Assembly (NCBI GenBank): GCA_963716745.1
Contig: OY970320.1
Coordinates: 1,664,001-1,728,000, forward strand
DNA: 64,000 nucleotides
Origin: an uncultured Gemmatimonadaceae bacterium
GTDB lineage: Bacteria > Gemmatimonadota > Gemmatimonadetes > Gemmatimonadales > Gemmatimonadaceae
Direction of reading: 5' to 3'
Shown: positions 9,266-18,883 of the stretch, one piece after another
Layout of the letters: the number at the start of each line of letters is the position of its first letter
How positions within the stretch are numbered: the first letter of the stretch is position 1
The notes under the pieces: generated by a model
Database searches by the model: none
What the model was told of the DNA's origin: nothing
The model's input: only the letters and a program-made list of their open reading frames with translations
Position numbers and translations under genes: made by a program

Positions 9266-10729
9266 GTGCCGCTGCCCGCCGATCTCCTCGACCTGCCCGC
9301 GCCGCAGGGCGCGCGCCTCGTCGCCCTCGAGCGACTCGACCGCCTGCTCAATGCGCGCGTGCGCCTCGGCCATCCCGAGGATGCGGAGGCGCTCCACGAT
9401 TTCCGCGTCGCGCTGCGCCGGCTGCGGAGCGTGCTGCGCGCGTACCGCGAGCCGCTCGCGAACAGCGTGGGGCGCGGCACGTTCCGCCGGCTGCGCGATC
9501 TCGCGCAGGCGACCGGCGAGAGCCGCGACCTCGAGGTGCACCTCGCGTGGCTCGAGTCGCAGCGCGTGACGCTCACGCCGCGGCTGCGCATCGGACTCGA
9601 CTCGATCCGCCGCCGGCTCGCCGAGCGCAAAGCGAAGGCGGACCAACGCCTCGAGCGCGCGATCGACGGCACCTTCCCGCATCTCGCGCATCGCGTGCGC
9701 CGCCGTCTCGCGCGCTACGATGCGCCGGTGCTCGGCGGCCCGTCGCACGCCGATCCGCCGTTCGCCGCGGCCATGGCGGCCGGCGCGCGCCGGAAGATCG
9801 AGGAATTGCGCCTGGCATTGGACGCCGTGCACAGCGCAGCCGACGACACCGACGCGCATCGCGCGCGGATCGTCGCGAAGCGTCTGCGATATCTGCTCGA
9901 TCCGGTGTCGAGCCTGGTGCCCGGCGCCGCGGCGTTGAGCGAGAAGCTGAGCGAGCTGCAAGACCAGCTCGGCGTGCTGCATGACGCGCACGTGTTCGCG
10001 CCGGAACTCGTGGCCGCGGCTTCGGCCGCCGCCGGCGAGCACGCGCGGCGCGAGGCGATGGCCGTCGTGGCACACGGCAGCGGGGCGAGCGCGGCGAAGC
10101 GCGTGCATCAGCGCGACCCGCAACCGGGATTGCTCGCGCTCGGCGAGCGCGTGCGCTTGAGCGGCGAGGTCGCGTTCGGGCGCGTGCGCGAGGAGTGGCT
10201 GGGCGGCCGCGCCGTGGGGTTCTTCGCGAACGCGGAGCGGGTGGCCGACGCGCTGAACGCGCGAGCGAAGCCGCTGCTCGAGATCGAGCGGAAGTATCTG
10301 CTGAATCACTTTCCGGCGGCGGCCGCAGGCGTTCCGGCGGAGGAGATCGAGCAGGGATACGTGCCCGGCCAGCGGCTCATCGAGCGCCTGCGCCGCGTCA
10401 CGACGCCGGAGAGCGTGCGCTGGTATCGCACCGTGAAGACCGGCGCGGGGCTCGTGCGCACCGAACTCGAAGAGGAGACGACGCGCGAGATCTTCGAAGC
10501 GATGTGGCCGCTCACCGAGGGGAAGCGCGTGCACAAGCAGCGCCATCGCGTGCCCGACGGCGACCTGGCGTGGGAGATCGATCATTTCGTCGACCGCGAC
10601 CTCACGCTCGCCGAGATCGAGCTCCCCAGCGCGGACGTCCAGCCCGTGCCGCCGGATTGGCTGCAGTCCTACATCGTGCGCGACGTGACGGAGGAAGCGG
10701 AGTTCGTGAACTTCAATCTGGCGAAGTAG
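9266..10729 (+). CDS. CHAD domain fused to C-terminal CYTH (triphosphate tunnel) domain
   Basis: CHAD motifs LHDFRVALRRLRS, HRARIVAKRLRY, QDQLGVLHD; CYTH motifs EIERKYL, WEIDHF, LAEIEL. GTG start 2 nt after the sixA stop. Confidence 0.88.
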   Translation: MPLPADLLDLPAPQGARLVALERLDRLLNARVRLGHPEDAEALHDFRVALRRLRSVLRAYREPLANSVGRGTFRRLRDLAQATGESRDLEVHLAWLESQRVTLTPRLRIGLDSIRRRLAERKAKADQRLERAIDGTFPHLAHRVRRRLARYDAPVLGGPSHADPPFAAAMAAGARRKIEELRLALDAVHSAADDTDAHRARIVAKRLRYLLDPVSSLVPGAAALSEKLSELQDQLGVLHDAHVFAPELVAAASAAAGEHARREAMAVVAHGSGASAAKRVHQRDPQPGLLALGERVRLSGEVAFGRVREEWLGGRAVGFFANAERVADALNARAKPLLEIERKYLLNHFPAAAAGVPAEEIEQGYVPGQRLIERLRRVTTPESVRWYRTVKTGAGLVRTELEEETTREIFEAMWPLTEGKRVHKQRHRVPDGDLAWEIDHFVDRDLTLAEIELPSADVQPVPPDWLQSYIVRDVTEEAEFVNFNLAK

Positions 10730-10740
10730 ATCGTAGGTGT

Positions 10741-11163
10741 TCCGCGCGCGGAATCGTCGCGCGGAGGCCACCGGCTCGGCCGCTTTCGCTCAAACCGCTT
10801 CGAGCCTCGCGGCTGAACCGCGCCGCGAGTCTCTCGCTTTTCGCTGCCGCGGCCTCTGCCGGCGGCCTCCGCGCTCCTCCCACTCCCTGCGCCCCACTCA
10901 CGCCATCGCAGTTTGCTCGCGAACCCACCACACCCGGGCGCGACCAAGGAGTTCCGCGCGCACCGGCGTCTCGCGCTTATTTGTCTCGAGGCCCAGCGGC
11001 GGTGGGCGCGACTGAGTTCTCAGGAGGGGCCGGCGGTCGTCGGGCTCCGGCGCAGCCGCGATAGCGAAAAGCGAGAGACTCGCGCGTCGTGTGCGCGAGG
11101 CTCGAAGCGGTTTGAGCGAAAGCGGCCTAGCCGGAGCCCGGCGATCGCCGGACCGCGCGCGGA
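10741..11163. repeat. About 420-bp non-coding element with about 120-bp imperfect inverted arms (MITE/REPIN-like)
   Basis: Perfect inverted blocks: 10741-10751/11153-11163, 10778-10811/11094-11127 (34 bp), 10824-10845/11063-11084 (22 bp). Lies between convergent genes. Confidence 0.85.
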
Positions 11164-11198
11164 GTAGCAGTTCCCACTCGCCACTCACGCGCGTCGAA

Positions 11199-12164
11199 CT
11201 AAAGCGCGCGCGAGCTCCAGGCGACGGTCCACTCCTTGGTCTGGCCCGGCTCCAACCACGACGCGCTTTTCCAGGGTCCCAGCGCCTCCGTCAGCGAGTC
11301 CGGCGCGCCGCTGCTCGGGCCGATCGACAGATTCACTTGCGGGCGGCGCTTCGGATGCGACGACCATCCCTTCCGGTTCACCCAGATCGCGACGAACGGC
11401 GCGTGCGCCGCGTCGAAGCTCATGTCGAGCCGCGCATCATCTTCCACCAGCGCGGTGTGCCCCTGCGCGGCATCCACGAACAACCGGTACGCGAAGCGGC
11501 GCGCGATCCCGTCCGGCCGCGACAGGTCGTGCAGCTTTCCCGCGCTCGCGATACGCGGCCACCGGCTCTCCGATCCCACGCCGCCGAGTTCTACGCCATG
11601 CTGCCGCCACACGCGCACGCGCGCGCCGTCGGGGAGTTCGATCCGCGTGTGCTTCGTGAGCGCGAACAGCGGCTGCGCGCTCCAGAGATAGGGGAGGAGA
11701 TCCAATCCGTCATTCCGCACCGCGTATCGCATCAGCACGCGGCCATCGGTCGTCACGTGCAGCGCGCGCACGAACCGGTACGGCATGCGGTCGCTCACCC
11801 ACCCGCACGTCGCGAACACACCGTCCTCGCGCGTCTCGAGGGAGAATGTGGTCGGCTGGTTCCACAACTCGCCGTGCTCCGGCAGCGCGAGGCCGCTGTA
11901 CGCATTCGGCAGGTGCAGCGCCGAGTAGCGTCCGGTGATCGCGGGCAGGCTGCACGCGGCGGCCGTCGGGAATCGCTCGTCGTAGCCGCCGCTGTCGGGG
12001 ATCTCGCCCGCGCGATGCGGCGTCTTGGGATCGCTCCAGAGCCACTCGCGTCCGCCAAGCTGCATCGAGACGATCTTCCCTCCGAGCGCCGGCGCGATCA
12101 CCACCGTGGAACCGCCGGCGTGGAGTTCGGCGGTGCCGTATGCCGGCGCGGGAGCAGCGCTCAC
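11199..12164 (-). CDS. Galactose mutarotase/aldose 1-epimerase-like protein
   Basis: LGGKIVS..GREWLW, GGYDERFPT, LPEHGELW; GTG start overlaps the ispH stop. Confidence 0.7.
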   Translation of the reverse strand: MSAAPAPAYGTAELHAGGSTVVIAPALGGKIVSMQLGGREWLWSDPKTPHRAGEIPDSGGYDERFPTAAACSLPAITGRYSALHLPNAYSGLALPEHGELWNQPTTFSLETREDGVFATCGWVSDRMPYRFVRALHVTTDGRVLMRYAVRNDGLDLLPYLWSAQPLFALTKHTRIELPDGARVRVWRQHGVELGGVGSESRWPRIASAGKLHDLSRPDGIARRFAYRLFVDAAQGHTALVEDDARLDMSFDAAHAPFVAIWVNRKGWSSHPKRRPQVNLSIGPSSGAPDSLTEALGPWKSASWLEPGQTKEWTVAWSSRAL

Positions 12165-13375
12165 GCGATCGCGGACGGATCGATGCCGCGGCTCGCGAAG
12201 ATGCGCGCCACCGCGTCGCCGATCTTGTTGTTCGGCGTGCTCGCGCCCGCGGTGATCCCCACCCGCAGCGCACCCGATGCCGGGAGCCACGCCTCGCGCT
12301 CGATCTCCTCGGCGCGCCCGATCGGCTTGTGCCTTATCGTGCCGCGCGCCGGATCGATGGCCGTCGCGTCTTCCACATGGTACGTCGTCACCCGCTCCGC
12401 GCAGATCGCGGCGAGCGAGATCGTGTTGCTCGAGTTGTAGCCGCCGATCACTACCATGACATCCAGCGGCTCGGTGAGCAGCGCTTGCACCGCGTCCTGG
12501 CGGTCCTGCGTGGCGCTGCAGATCGTGTCGAAGCTCCGGAAATGCTCGGCGCGCCACTCGGCGCCGCGCGCGCGCTCCATCGTGCGTCCGATCTCCTCGG
12601 CGATCGCGAGCGATTCACGCGCGAGCATCGTCGTCTGGTTGGCGACGCCGATCTTCGAGAGATGGAGGTCCGGGTCGAAGCCGGGCGACACCGCCGCCGC
12701 GAAGTGTGCGAGCAGTGCGTCGCGCGTGACGCGGCTCTCGAGGAAATCGCAGACGATGCGCGCCTCCGCCATATCGCGCACGATGAGATAGTGGCTTCCC
12801 GGGTGCGTCTCCACCTGCGACGCCGTCGCGCGCGTCTCTTCGTGATAGTGCTTGCCGTGGATGACCGAGGTGAATCCGTCGCGCGCATAGCTCTCGACGC
12901 GCTTCCAGACGTTCAGCACCGAGCCGCACGTGGTATCCACCATCACGCAGCCGGTGACGCGGAGCGTCGCGAAGTCGCGCATGGTGACGCCGAAGGCGGG
13001 CAGGATCACGACATCCGCGGGCGCGATGTGCGAATAGTCGAACACCCCATCCGTGGGTTCGAGGATCTCGACGCCCATCGCCCGCAGGTTCGCGTTCACG
13101 TGCGGATTGTGGATGATCTCGCCCACGAGCACCACGCGGCGGTCGGGGAACTTGCGGCGCGTCTGGTACGCGTATTCCACCGCGCGCTCCACGCCATAGC
13201 AGAATCCGAACTCGTGCGCGAGGCGGATCGTGGTGTCGCCCGCCGTGAGCGTGTGGCCGCGCTCGCGCAGGAGGTCGACGAGATGGCCGGCGTAGTCGGC
13301 CTCCAGCGTCTCCTGCACCTCGGCCTTGAGGCCGAATCCTTTTCGGAAGTAGTTCGCGTCGGCGGCGCCCGTCAT
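12161..13375 (-). CDS. ispH: 4-hydroxy-3-methylbut-2-enyl diphosphate reductase
   Basis: FGFCYGVERA, IIHNPHV, DTTC, HEET, NQTT, DTICSATQDRQ, NSSNT, TAGASTP. Confidence 0.95.
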   Translation of the reverse strand: MTGAADANYFRKGFGLKAEVQETLEADYAGHLVDLLRERGHTLTAGDTTIRLAHEFGFCYGVERAVEYAYQTRRKFPDRRVVLVGEIIHNPHVNANLRAMGVEILEPTDGVFDYSHIAPADVVILPAFGVTMRDFATLRVTGCVMVDTTCGSVLNVWKRVESYARDGFTSVIHGKHYHEETRATASQVETHPGSHYLIVRDMAEARIVCDFLESRVTRDALLAHFAAAVSPGFDPDLHLSKIGVANQTTMLARESLAIAEEIGRTMERARGAEWRAEHFRSFDTICSATQDRQDAVQALLTEPLDVMVVIGGYNSSNTISLAAICAERVTTYHVEDATAIDPARGTIRHKPIGRAEEIEREAWLPASGALRVGITAGASTPNNKIGDAVARIFASRGIDPSAIA

Positions 13376-13503
13376 AGGGCGGAATCTAGCTCGGAAACAG
13401 CAGGGCCGCGTGTGGTCCTTGACGTGTGGCAAGGGCCCGCGCCGCTCGACAGTACGGCCCGCCTTCGGTTCCCGCCGCCCCCGCGGAGCGCTAGCATCCG
13501 GCC

Positions 13504-14445
13504 ATGCCCCAGGCCGCTCCGCCCCCGCCCCTGCTCCGCCCGCGCGCACTCGTGAAGGGCGACGCGATCGGTGTGGTCACGCCCAGCTACACGCCCAAGG
13601 CGCCCTGGCTGCTGCGCGGCGTGAAGTCGCTGGAGCACGCCGGCTTCGAGGTGGTGCTCGATCCCGAGATCACCGACAGCCGCCGCTTCAAGCGCGTGGA
13701 TGATGAACGGCGCGCCGAGAATTTCATGAGCGGCTGGCTCGATCCGCGCGTGAAGGCGGTGGTGGCCGCCACTGGCGGCTACGGGGCCACACGCATGATC
13801 CCGCATCTGGAAGCGGATGTCTTCCGCAAGAATCCGAAGCCGTTCGTCGGCTACTCCGACGTCACCGCCCTCCATCTCTGGATGATGAAGCGCGTGGGAC
13901 TCCGCACCTTCCACGGCCCCACGGTGGACGACCTGATCCCCACCACGCGCAATGCGACAATGGTGTCGTTCATCACGTCGCTCACCACGCCGCGCCCCGC
14001 CGCGAAGCTCGGCAAAGGGATCGCGCGCGTGGTGCGGAAGGGCACGGCCACCGGCCGGCTCACGGGCGGCAATCTCTCACTCGTGCAGCAGAGCATCGGC
14101 ACGCCGTACGAAGTGGACACGCGCGACGCGATCCTCTTCCTCGAGGAGACGCGCGACCCCATGAGCGTGCTCGACGAGCGGATCGTGCATCTGCGCGCCG
14201 CCGGTCTCCTCAAACGCGTGAGAGGTATCGTGATCGGTCAGCTGCCGATCGACCGGTCGGAGGAAGATGATTTCGAGAACTTCATCCTTGACCTCTTCGC
14301 CGATCTCGACGTGCCGATCCTCGCCGATTTCCCGGCGGGCCATGAGGCGCCGAATCTCACGCTGCCGTTCGGCACGCAGGTGGAGCTGGTGGCCGACGAG
14401 AACGCCGGCTGGCTGAGCTACGCCGAGGACGCACTCGAGGTGTAG
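13504..14445 (+). CDS. ldcA: LD-carboxypeptidase (S66 family)
   Basis: GGYG, GYSDVT, GGNL, LFLEE, AGH triad motifs. Confidence 0.9.
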   Translation: MPQAAPPPPLLRPRALVKGDAIGVVTPSYTPKAPWLLRGVKSLEHAGFEVVLDPEITDSRRFKRVDDERRAENFMSGWLDPRVKAVVAATGGYGATRMIPHLEADVFRKNPKPFVGYSDVTALHLWMMKRVGLRTFHGPTVDDLIPTTRNATMVSFITSLTTPRPAAKLGKGIARVVRKGTATGRLTGGNLSLVQQSIGTPYEVDTRDAILFLEETRDPMSVLDERIVHLRAAGLLKRVRGIVIGQLPIDRSEEDDFENFILDLFADLDVPILADFPAGHEAPNLTLPFGTQVELVADENAGWLSYAEDALEV

Positions 14446-14897
14446 ACCTCGCGCGCCGCGGCGCGGGCGTCGTCGGTGGCCAGCGCGTACGGTTCGAGCG
14501 CGCGGCGGATCCCATCGGGCAGCGGCGTTTTCTTGAATCCGTCGCGCGACACGCAGACGAGCACCTGATGCGTGGCCGCATGCAACTGCGACGCGTCCTC
14601 GTTCATCACGTCGAAATTGATCGTGAGCGACGTGCGTCCCATGTGGCTGAAGTACGTGACCACGCGCAGGTGGTCATCCAGCCGAGCCGGCGCGAAGAAT
14701 TCCGCGTGCATCACTTTGCGCGGGAGCCATACGTCGTAGCGCTCGAACATCCCGCTGAACGGCAGCCCCGCCGCGCGGAAGATCTCCGACTCGGACAATT
14801 CGCTGAAGCGCAGGTATGCGCCGTAGCAGATGATCCCCGCGAGATCAATGTCGCCCCACCTTACATATTCGCTGAGGATGAATGGTCTCTTCTCCAT
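14418..14897 (-). CDS. Acyl-CoA thioesterase (YbgC/4HBT hotdog fold)
   Basis: VRWGDIDLAGII, APARLDD. Confidence 0.85.
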   Translation of the reverse strand: MEKRPFILSEYVRWGDIDLAGIICYGAYLRFSELSESEIFRAAGLPFSGMFERYDVWLPRKVMHAEFFAPARLDDHLRVVTYFSHMGRTSLTINFDVMNEDASQLHAATHQVLVCVSRDGFKKTPLPDGIRRALEPYALATDDARAAAREVYTSSASSA

Positions 14898-14918
14898 GGG
14901 TTGAAGCTATCGCGGATC

Positions 14919-14979
14919 CGTGCATCGCGCATCGTGCATCGTGCGTCGCCAATGCACGATGCGCGATGTCCGATGCACG
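14919..14979. repeat. Heptamer (GTGCATC)n inverted array
   Basis: Four GYGCRTC units followed by about four inverted GATGCAC-like units. Confidence 0.8.
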
Positions 14980-15016
14980 CCTTGCAGTGCACCCGTTGCC
15001 GACATAACGTCGCATC

Positions 15017-15619
15017 ATGTCGTGGCTCTTCATCTCCGACCGCCTTTGGCTCGACTTCGTGAACACGGACGACACGCACCGGCGCCTCCGCGTGGATGCG
15101 CTCCGTGATTTCGACGCGCTCGCGCTCTGGCTCCAGGCCGCCGGCGTGCTCGACGACGAACGCACCGCGGCAATGCTCCGGCGCGCGCGCGAGCAGCCTG
15201 CCGGCGCGAGCGCCGCGCTCGCCGATGCCCGCCGCGTGCGCGCCGCGCTGCGCGCGCTCGCCGAGCGTGGGGTGCAGCAGCCGCTCGTGGTGCAGGATGC
15301 GATCGACGAGATCAACCGCGTGCTCGGCCGCAGCGCCGGCACGCGCCGCGTGGAGTCGCGCGACGACGGCGCGTTCGTGCGCAGCTTCGTCCCGGGCGGC
15401 AATGCGTTCGCCGGCCTCATGATCCCCGTGGTCGAGTCGGCGGCCGATACCCTCGTGCTCGGCGAACTCGTGCGCGTGCGGCGATGCGCCGACGCCGGCT
15501 GCACGCGCGTCTTCCACGACGACAGCAAGAACGGCCGCCGCCGCTGGTGCGACATGAAGAGTTGCGGCAACCGCGCCAAAGCCGCCCGCCACCGCCGCGC
15601 CCACGCCACGCATTTGTAG
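15017..15619 (+). CDS. ABATE / CGNR zinc finger protein
   Basis: LWLDFVNT; C-x4-C..F.D.SKNGRRRWCDMKSCGNRAK. Confidence 0.92.
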   Translation: MSWLFISDRLWLDFVNTDDTHRRLRVDALRDFDALALWLQAAGVLDDERTAAMLRRAREQPAGASAALADARRVRAALRALAERGVQQPLVVQDAIDEINRVLGRSAGTRRVESRDDGAFVRSFVPGGNAFAGLMIPVVESAADTLVLGELVRVRRCADAGCTRVFHDDSKNGRRRWCDMKSCGNRAKAARHRRAHATHL

Positions 15620-15620
15620 T

Positions 15621-15660
15621 CGAGTCCCGAGTCCCGAGTCCGAGTCCCGAGTCCCGAACC
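15621..15660. repeat. Tandem heptamer (CGAGTCC)x5-6
   Basis: Direct repeat immediately after the stop codon. Confidence 0.85.
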
Positions 15661-15670
15661 TGCCGAACCA

Positions 15671-16216
15671 ATGACCGAGATCGACGTCGTTAGGACTTAC
15701 CTGGAGATGACCTCTCCGTCGCAGTTAGTAGCAGCGCCCCTCGACCGCCGCGCGCGCATCGAGCACGCGGCCGCATGCACCATTTCCTACTTCCGCTACC
15801 TCTACCGCGAAGTGGGCCGCCAATACCACTGGCGTGACCGTCTCGTCTGGACCGATGAACAATGCCGCGGGCGCCTCGACACGCCCGGCGTCTCGCTCTG
15901 GGTGCTCTACTCGGAGGGAACTCCGGCCGGCTATTTCGAACTGGAGCGCTGCGGCGACGGCAGCGTCGAGATCGTCTACTTCGGACTGATGCCGGAGTTC
16001 GTCGGCCGGGGACTCGGCAAGCAAATGCTCAGCGCGGCGGTGGAGCGCGCGTGGGCCATGGACGCGAAACGCGTCTGGCTGCACACCTGCACGCTCGACA
16101 ATCCGGCCGCGCTGCCGAACTACCTCAAGCGCGGATTCGCCGCTTTCAAGACGGAAACGTACTCCGTGCCGGCGCACGCACCCGTGCCGGTCTCGGCCGC
16201 GCCGCCGCCGGCGTAG
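15671..16216 (+). CDS. GNAT family N-acetyltransferase
   Basis: YFGLMPEFVGRGLGK, WLHTCTLD..ALPNY.KRGF. Confidence 0.88.
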   Translation: MTEIDVVRTYLEMTSPSQLVAAPLDRRARIEHAAACTISYFRYLYREVGRQYHWRDRLVWTDEQCRGRLDTPGVSLWVLYSEGTPAGYFELERCGDGSVEIVYFGLMPEFVGRGLGKQMLSAAVERAWAMDAKRVWLHTCTLDNPAALPNYLKRGFAAFKTETYSVPAHAPVPVSAAPPPA

Positions 16217-16219
16217 CGC

Positions 16220-18883
16220 TCAGCGCCGTCCGCGCCGGCCGCCGCCCTTGCGGCCATGCTTCCCGCCGCGGTCATGCTTCTTCACCCGCTCGCGCCGCTC
16301 CTCGCGCCGCGACGGCCGCGCCGATTCGCGCGCGATCTCGTGATCGGTCCACGGTCGCTCGAGCACCTCCTGCAATTCTTCCAGCGTATTCCCGCGCGCC
16401 GCGCCACGCTGTCCGCGCGTCACGATGAATCGCAACGGTCGGTCGAGCTTGGGCAGCTCCGACTCGTGCAGCGTGCGCGCCACCTTCTCCGGCAACCGCA
16501 AACGCGCCACCGCGAGAGGCGGGCCGCCCGCCGGCTCCTCCACATCGTACTCGATGTCCACGTCGCGGTCGCGCACCGCCACCTCGCTCGGCAGCGCCAT
16601 CCAGCGCGCGCGATCGCTCGCGTCCACGCGGCCACTGAGATCGAGCGCGAGGTCGGCCGCACGGAATTCGTCCAGCGAGTTCACGCCCGTGAGCCGCGAC
16701 TCATAGAGCGCCGCGAGGTCCGCCATGCTGAGCCGCGGCGTCGTGCCGCCGCTCCGCCGCCAGAGTTCGCGCGCCTCGTCGATGGCGTCGTGGTTCCGCT
16801 TCACCGCGACATGCCGCGCCTCCTCGCGCGCCAGCGACTCCGCGAGCGCGTGCCGCGCCGCCGCCGCGTACTCGGGCGGGAATACATCGATCGACTCCTG
16901 CTCGCGCCCCAGTTCGAAGCCGAAATAATCCAGACGCCGCCGCACCAGCAGCGGATCCCGCTTGCGGTGCCAGTCGAGCACGAGCTCGGCGTCGCCCTGC
17001 GTCGCGTACTTCTTCACGAGATCGAATGCGACCTGCGTGCCCTCGATCGCCGCGCGCGGGACGCCCGAGCGGTCGGCGAAATAGCGGAGCGTCCCCGCGA
17101 TCGCGCCCCACGTGCCGCACACGCTCGTCTTCGACACGCGCACATCGCCGCCGTCCGCGGTGTGCTCGTCGATCACCAGGTCGAGCGGCATGAAGCGCGC
17201 CAGCAGGTCCGCGAACTTCCGGAGCACCGCGTCGTCGGCGTAGCGCATCTCGCGCGGCAGCGGCATCTCGAGCGCGCGGTACACGCTCGCCATCCCCAGC
17301 GCCGCGTCCTCCACGCTCTTCACGAGCGCGCCGCGCGCCTCCGCCCATTCCACTACCTCGTCATGGAACAGGTGCCTCGGCAGCTCGAACACTTTCCCGA
17401 CGTACCCGTGCGCGCGGTACGCATCCACGTATAGGTTGTACGACGTGAGATGATCGCTGCCCGGCACGATGAGCCCTTCGAGATCGCGCTCCTCGCGCGT
17501 CATGCGATGCAGGCTCTCGATGCTCGCCATCACCGCGAGGAAGGGAACGAGCTCCTCTTCTGCGTGCACGAGAAGTTCGGCCCACGCGCGCTCCACCGGC
17601 AGCGCCTCCACCGCTTTGCCATAGCGCGATAGCCGGCCGTTCTCGATGATGCCGCGCGATTCCAGCAGCGCCATCGCGCGGCGGTATGCGCCCTTGTCGA
17701 GCGGCACGGGCAGGTCCAGTTCGTCGGCGCGCACGCCGAGTGCCGCGCTGGTGAGCGCCACGCGCTCGGAATCGCCCGCAAGCTGGAACTCCGGCGCCAC
17801 CGGCCGCAGAGAATTGAAATCGATCTGACGGTCGCTCAGCATGAACACGCGTCCGCCCTCCACGCGCCCGTGCACGCGGCCGGCCATCTGCAGGATCTCG
17901 TTCGCGCCCAGGTGCGTGCGCGTGAGCACGTTCTTGCCCCGCTCGATCACGTTGGAGAAGCGCGTGTCATCGATCACCACCGTGTCGAGCCCTGACACGT
18001 TCAGCGCGCTCTGCCCCGCCGCCGTCATCGCGAGCAGGTACGGCTTGTGCACTTCGCCCTCGAGGAAGGGGCGGATCACGCGCACCGGCTCGCCGCCATG
18101 GTAGAACGCCGTCGTGATCTTCGGCGCTCGGCGCGACACGAGTTCGGCCACCTCCTCGACGCCGGCCCGCGTCGGCAGGAACACGCCAACGCCGCGCCGC
18201 TCTCGCGTCATCTGGCCGAGCCACTTCTCGTCCATGAAATCGAGCGGGCGGCGGTCCACCACCGTCACGCGCGCCGCGCGCGAGGGATCGAACGCCGTGG
18301 TCTCGAGCACCGCGGCGCTCTCGAGGTACCGCGCGTAGAACGACGGGTCCACCGTCGCGGAGAGCCAGATGAACCGGCAGCCGACGCGCTTGCCGAGCGC
18401 GAGGCACAATTCCAGTTCCGCGCTCGTCTGATGGATCTCATCCACGAGCAGCGTGTCGCGCAGCAGGATATCGCCGTCCTGGAACCAGCGCCGCGCGATG
18501 CCGGTGGTGACGATCACCACGTTCCACGTGGGCGTATCGGGCGTCGCCTCGCGCTCGCGATTGACGACGCCGACCCTCAGTTCCTTCGTGCCGAGGATCG
18601 TCTCCGCGATCGGGCGGATCGCGAGCGTCTTGCCGGTGCCCGTGCCGGCGACGATGCCGAATCCGCTCCCCGCGCCAGCCAGCGTGCGGATCTCGGCGCC
18701 ATGTTCGCGCTCGAGCAGCGTGTCGATATGCAGATGCATCGCCATCTCGATCGTTTCGCACGCCGCGCGCGTAGGCGCGATGACGATGACGCGTCCGGTC
18801 GCAGGCCTCGCCGCGACGAACGCGTCATGATCGAGTGGTAGATACGGGTCTCGGACCCGCCGCTGCTGCTGCTCGACGCTCAG
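16220..18883 (-). CDS. SF2 DExH-box helicase (HrpA/HrpB-like, atypical)
   Basis: GTGTGKT, DEIH, SAT, FLPTR, QMAGRVHGR. The frame stays open upstream of ATG 18745 to a CTG at 18883 that overlaps the upstream stop. Start position is inferred. Confidence 0.85.
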   Translation of the reverse strand: MSVEQQQRRVRDPYLPLDHDAFVAARPATGRVIVIAPTRAACETIEMAMHLHIDTLLEREHGAEIRTLAGAGSGFGIVAGTGTGKTLAIRPIAETILGTKELRVGVVNREREATPDTPTWNVVIVTTGIARRWFQDGDILLRDTLLVDEIHQTSAELELCLALGKRVGCRFIWLSATVDPSFYARYLESAAVLETTAFDPSRAARVTVVDRRPLDFMDEKWLGQMTRERRGVGVFLPTRAGVEEVAELVSRRAPKITTAFYHGGEPVRVIRPFLEGEVHKPYLLAMTAAGQSALNVSGLDTVVIDDTRFSNVIERGKNVLTRTHLGANEILQMAGRVHGRVEGGRVFMLSDRQIDFNSLRPVAPEFQLAGDSERVALTSAALGVRADELDLPVPLDKGAYRRAMALLESRGIIENGRLSRYGKAVEALPVERAWAELLVHAEEELVPFLAVMASIESLHRMTREERDLEGLIVPGSDHLTSYNLYVDAYRAHGYVGKVFELPRHLFHDEVVEWAEARGALVKSVEDAALGMASVYRALEMPLPREMRYADDAVLRKFADLLARFMPLDLVIDEHTADGGDVRVSKTSVCGTWGAIAGTLRYFADRSGVPRAAIEGTQVAFDLVKKYATQGDAELVLDWHRKRDPLLVRRRLDYFGFELGREQESIDVFPPEYAAAARHALAESLAREEARHVAVKRNHDAIDEARELWRRSGGTTPRLSMADLAALYESRLTGVNSLDEFRAADLALDLSGRVDASDRARWMALPSEVAVRDRDVDIEYDVEEPAGGPPLAVARLRLPEKVARTLHESELPKLDRPLRFIVTRGQRGAARGNTLEELQEVLERPWTDHEIARESARPSRREERRERVKKHDRGGKHGRKGGGRRGRR

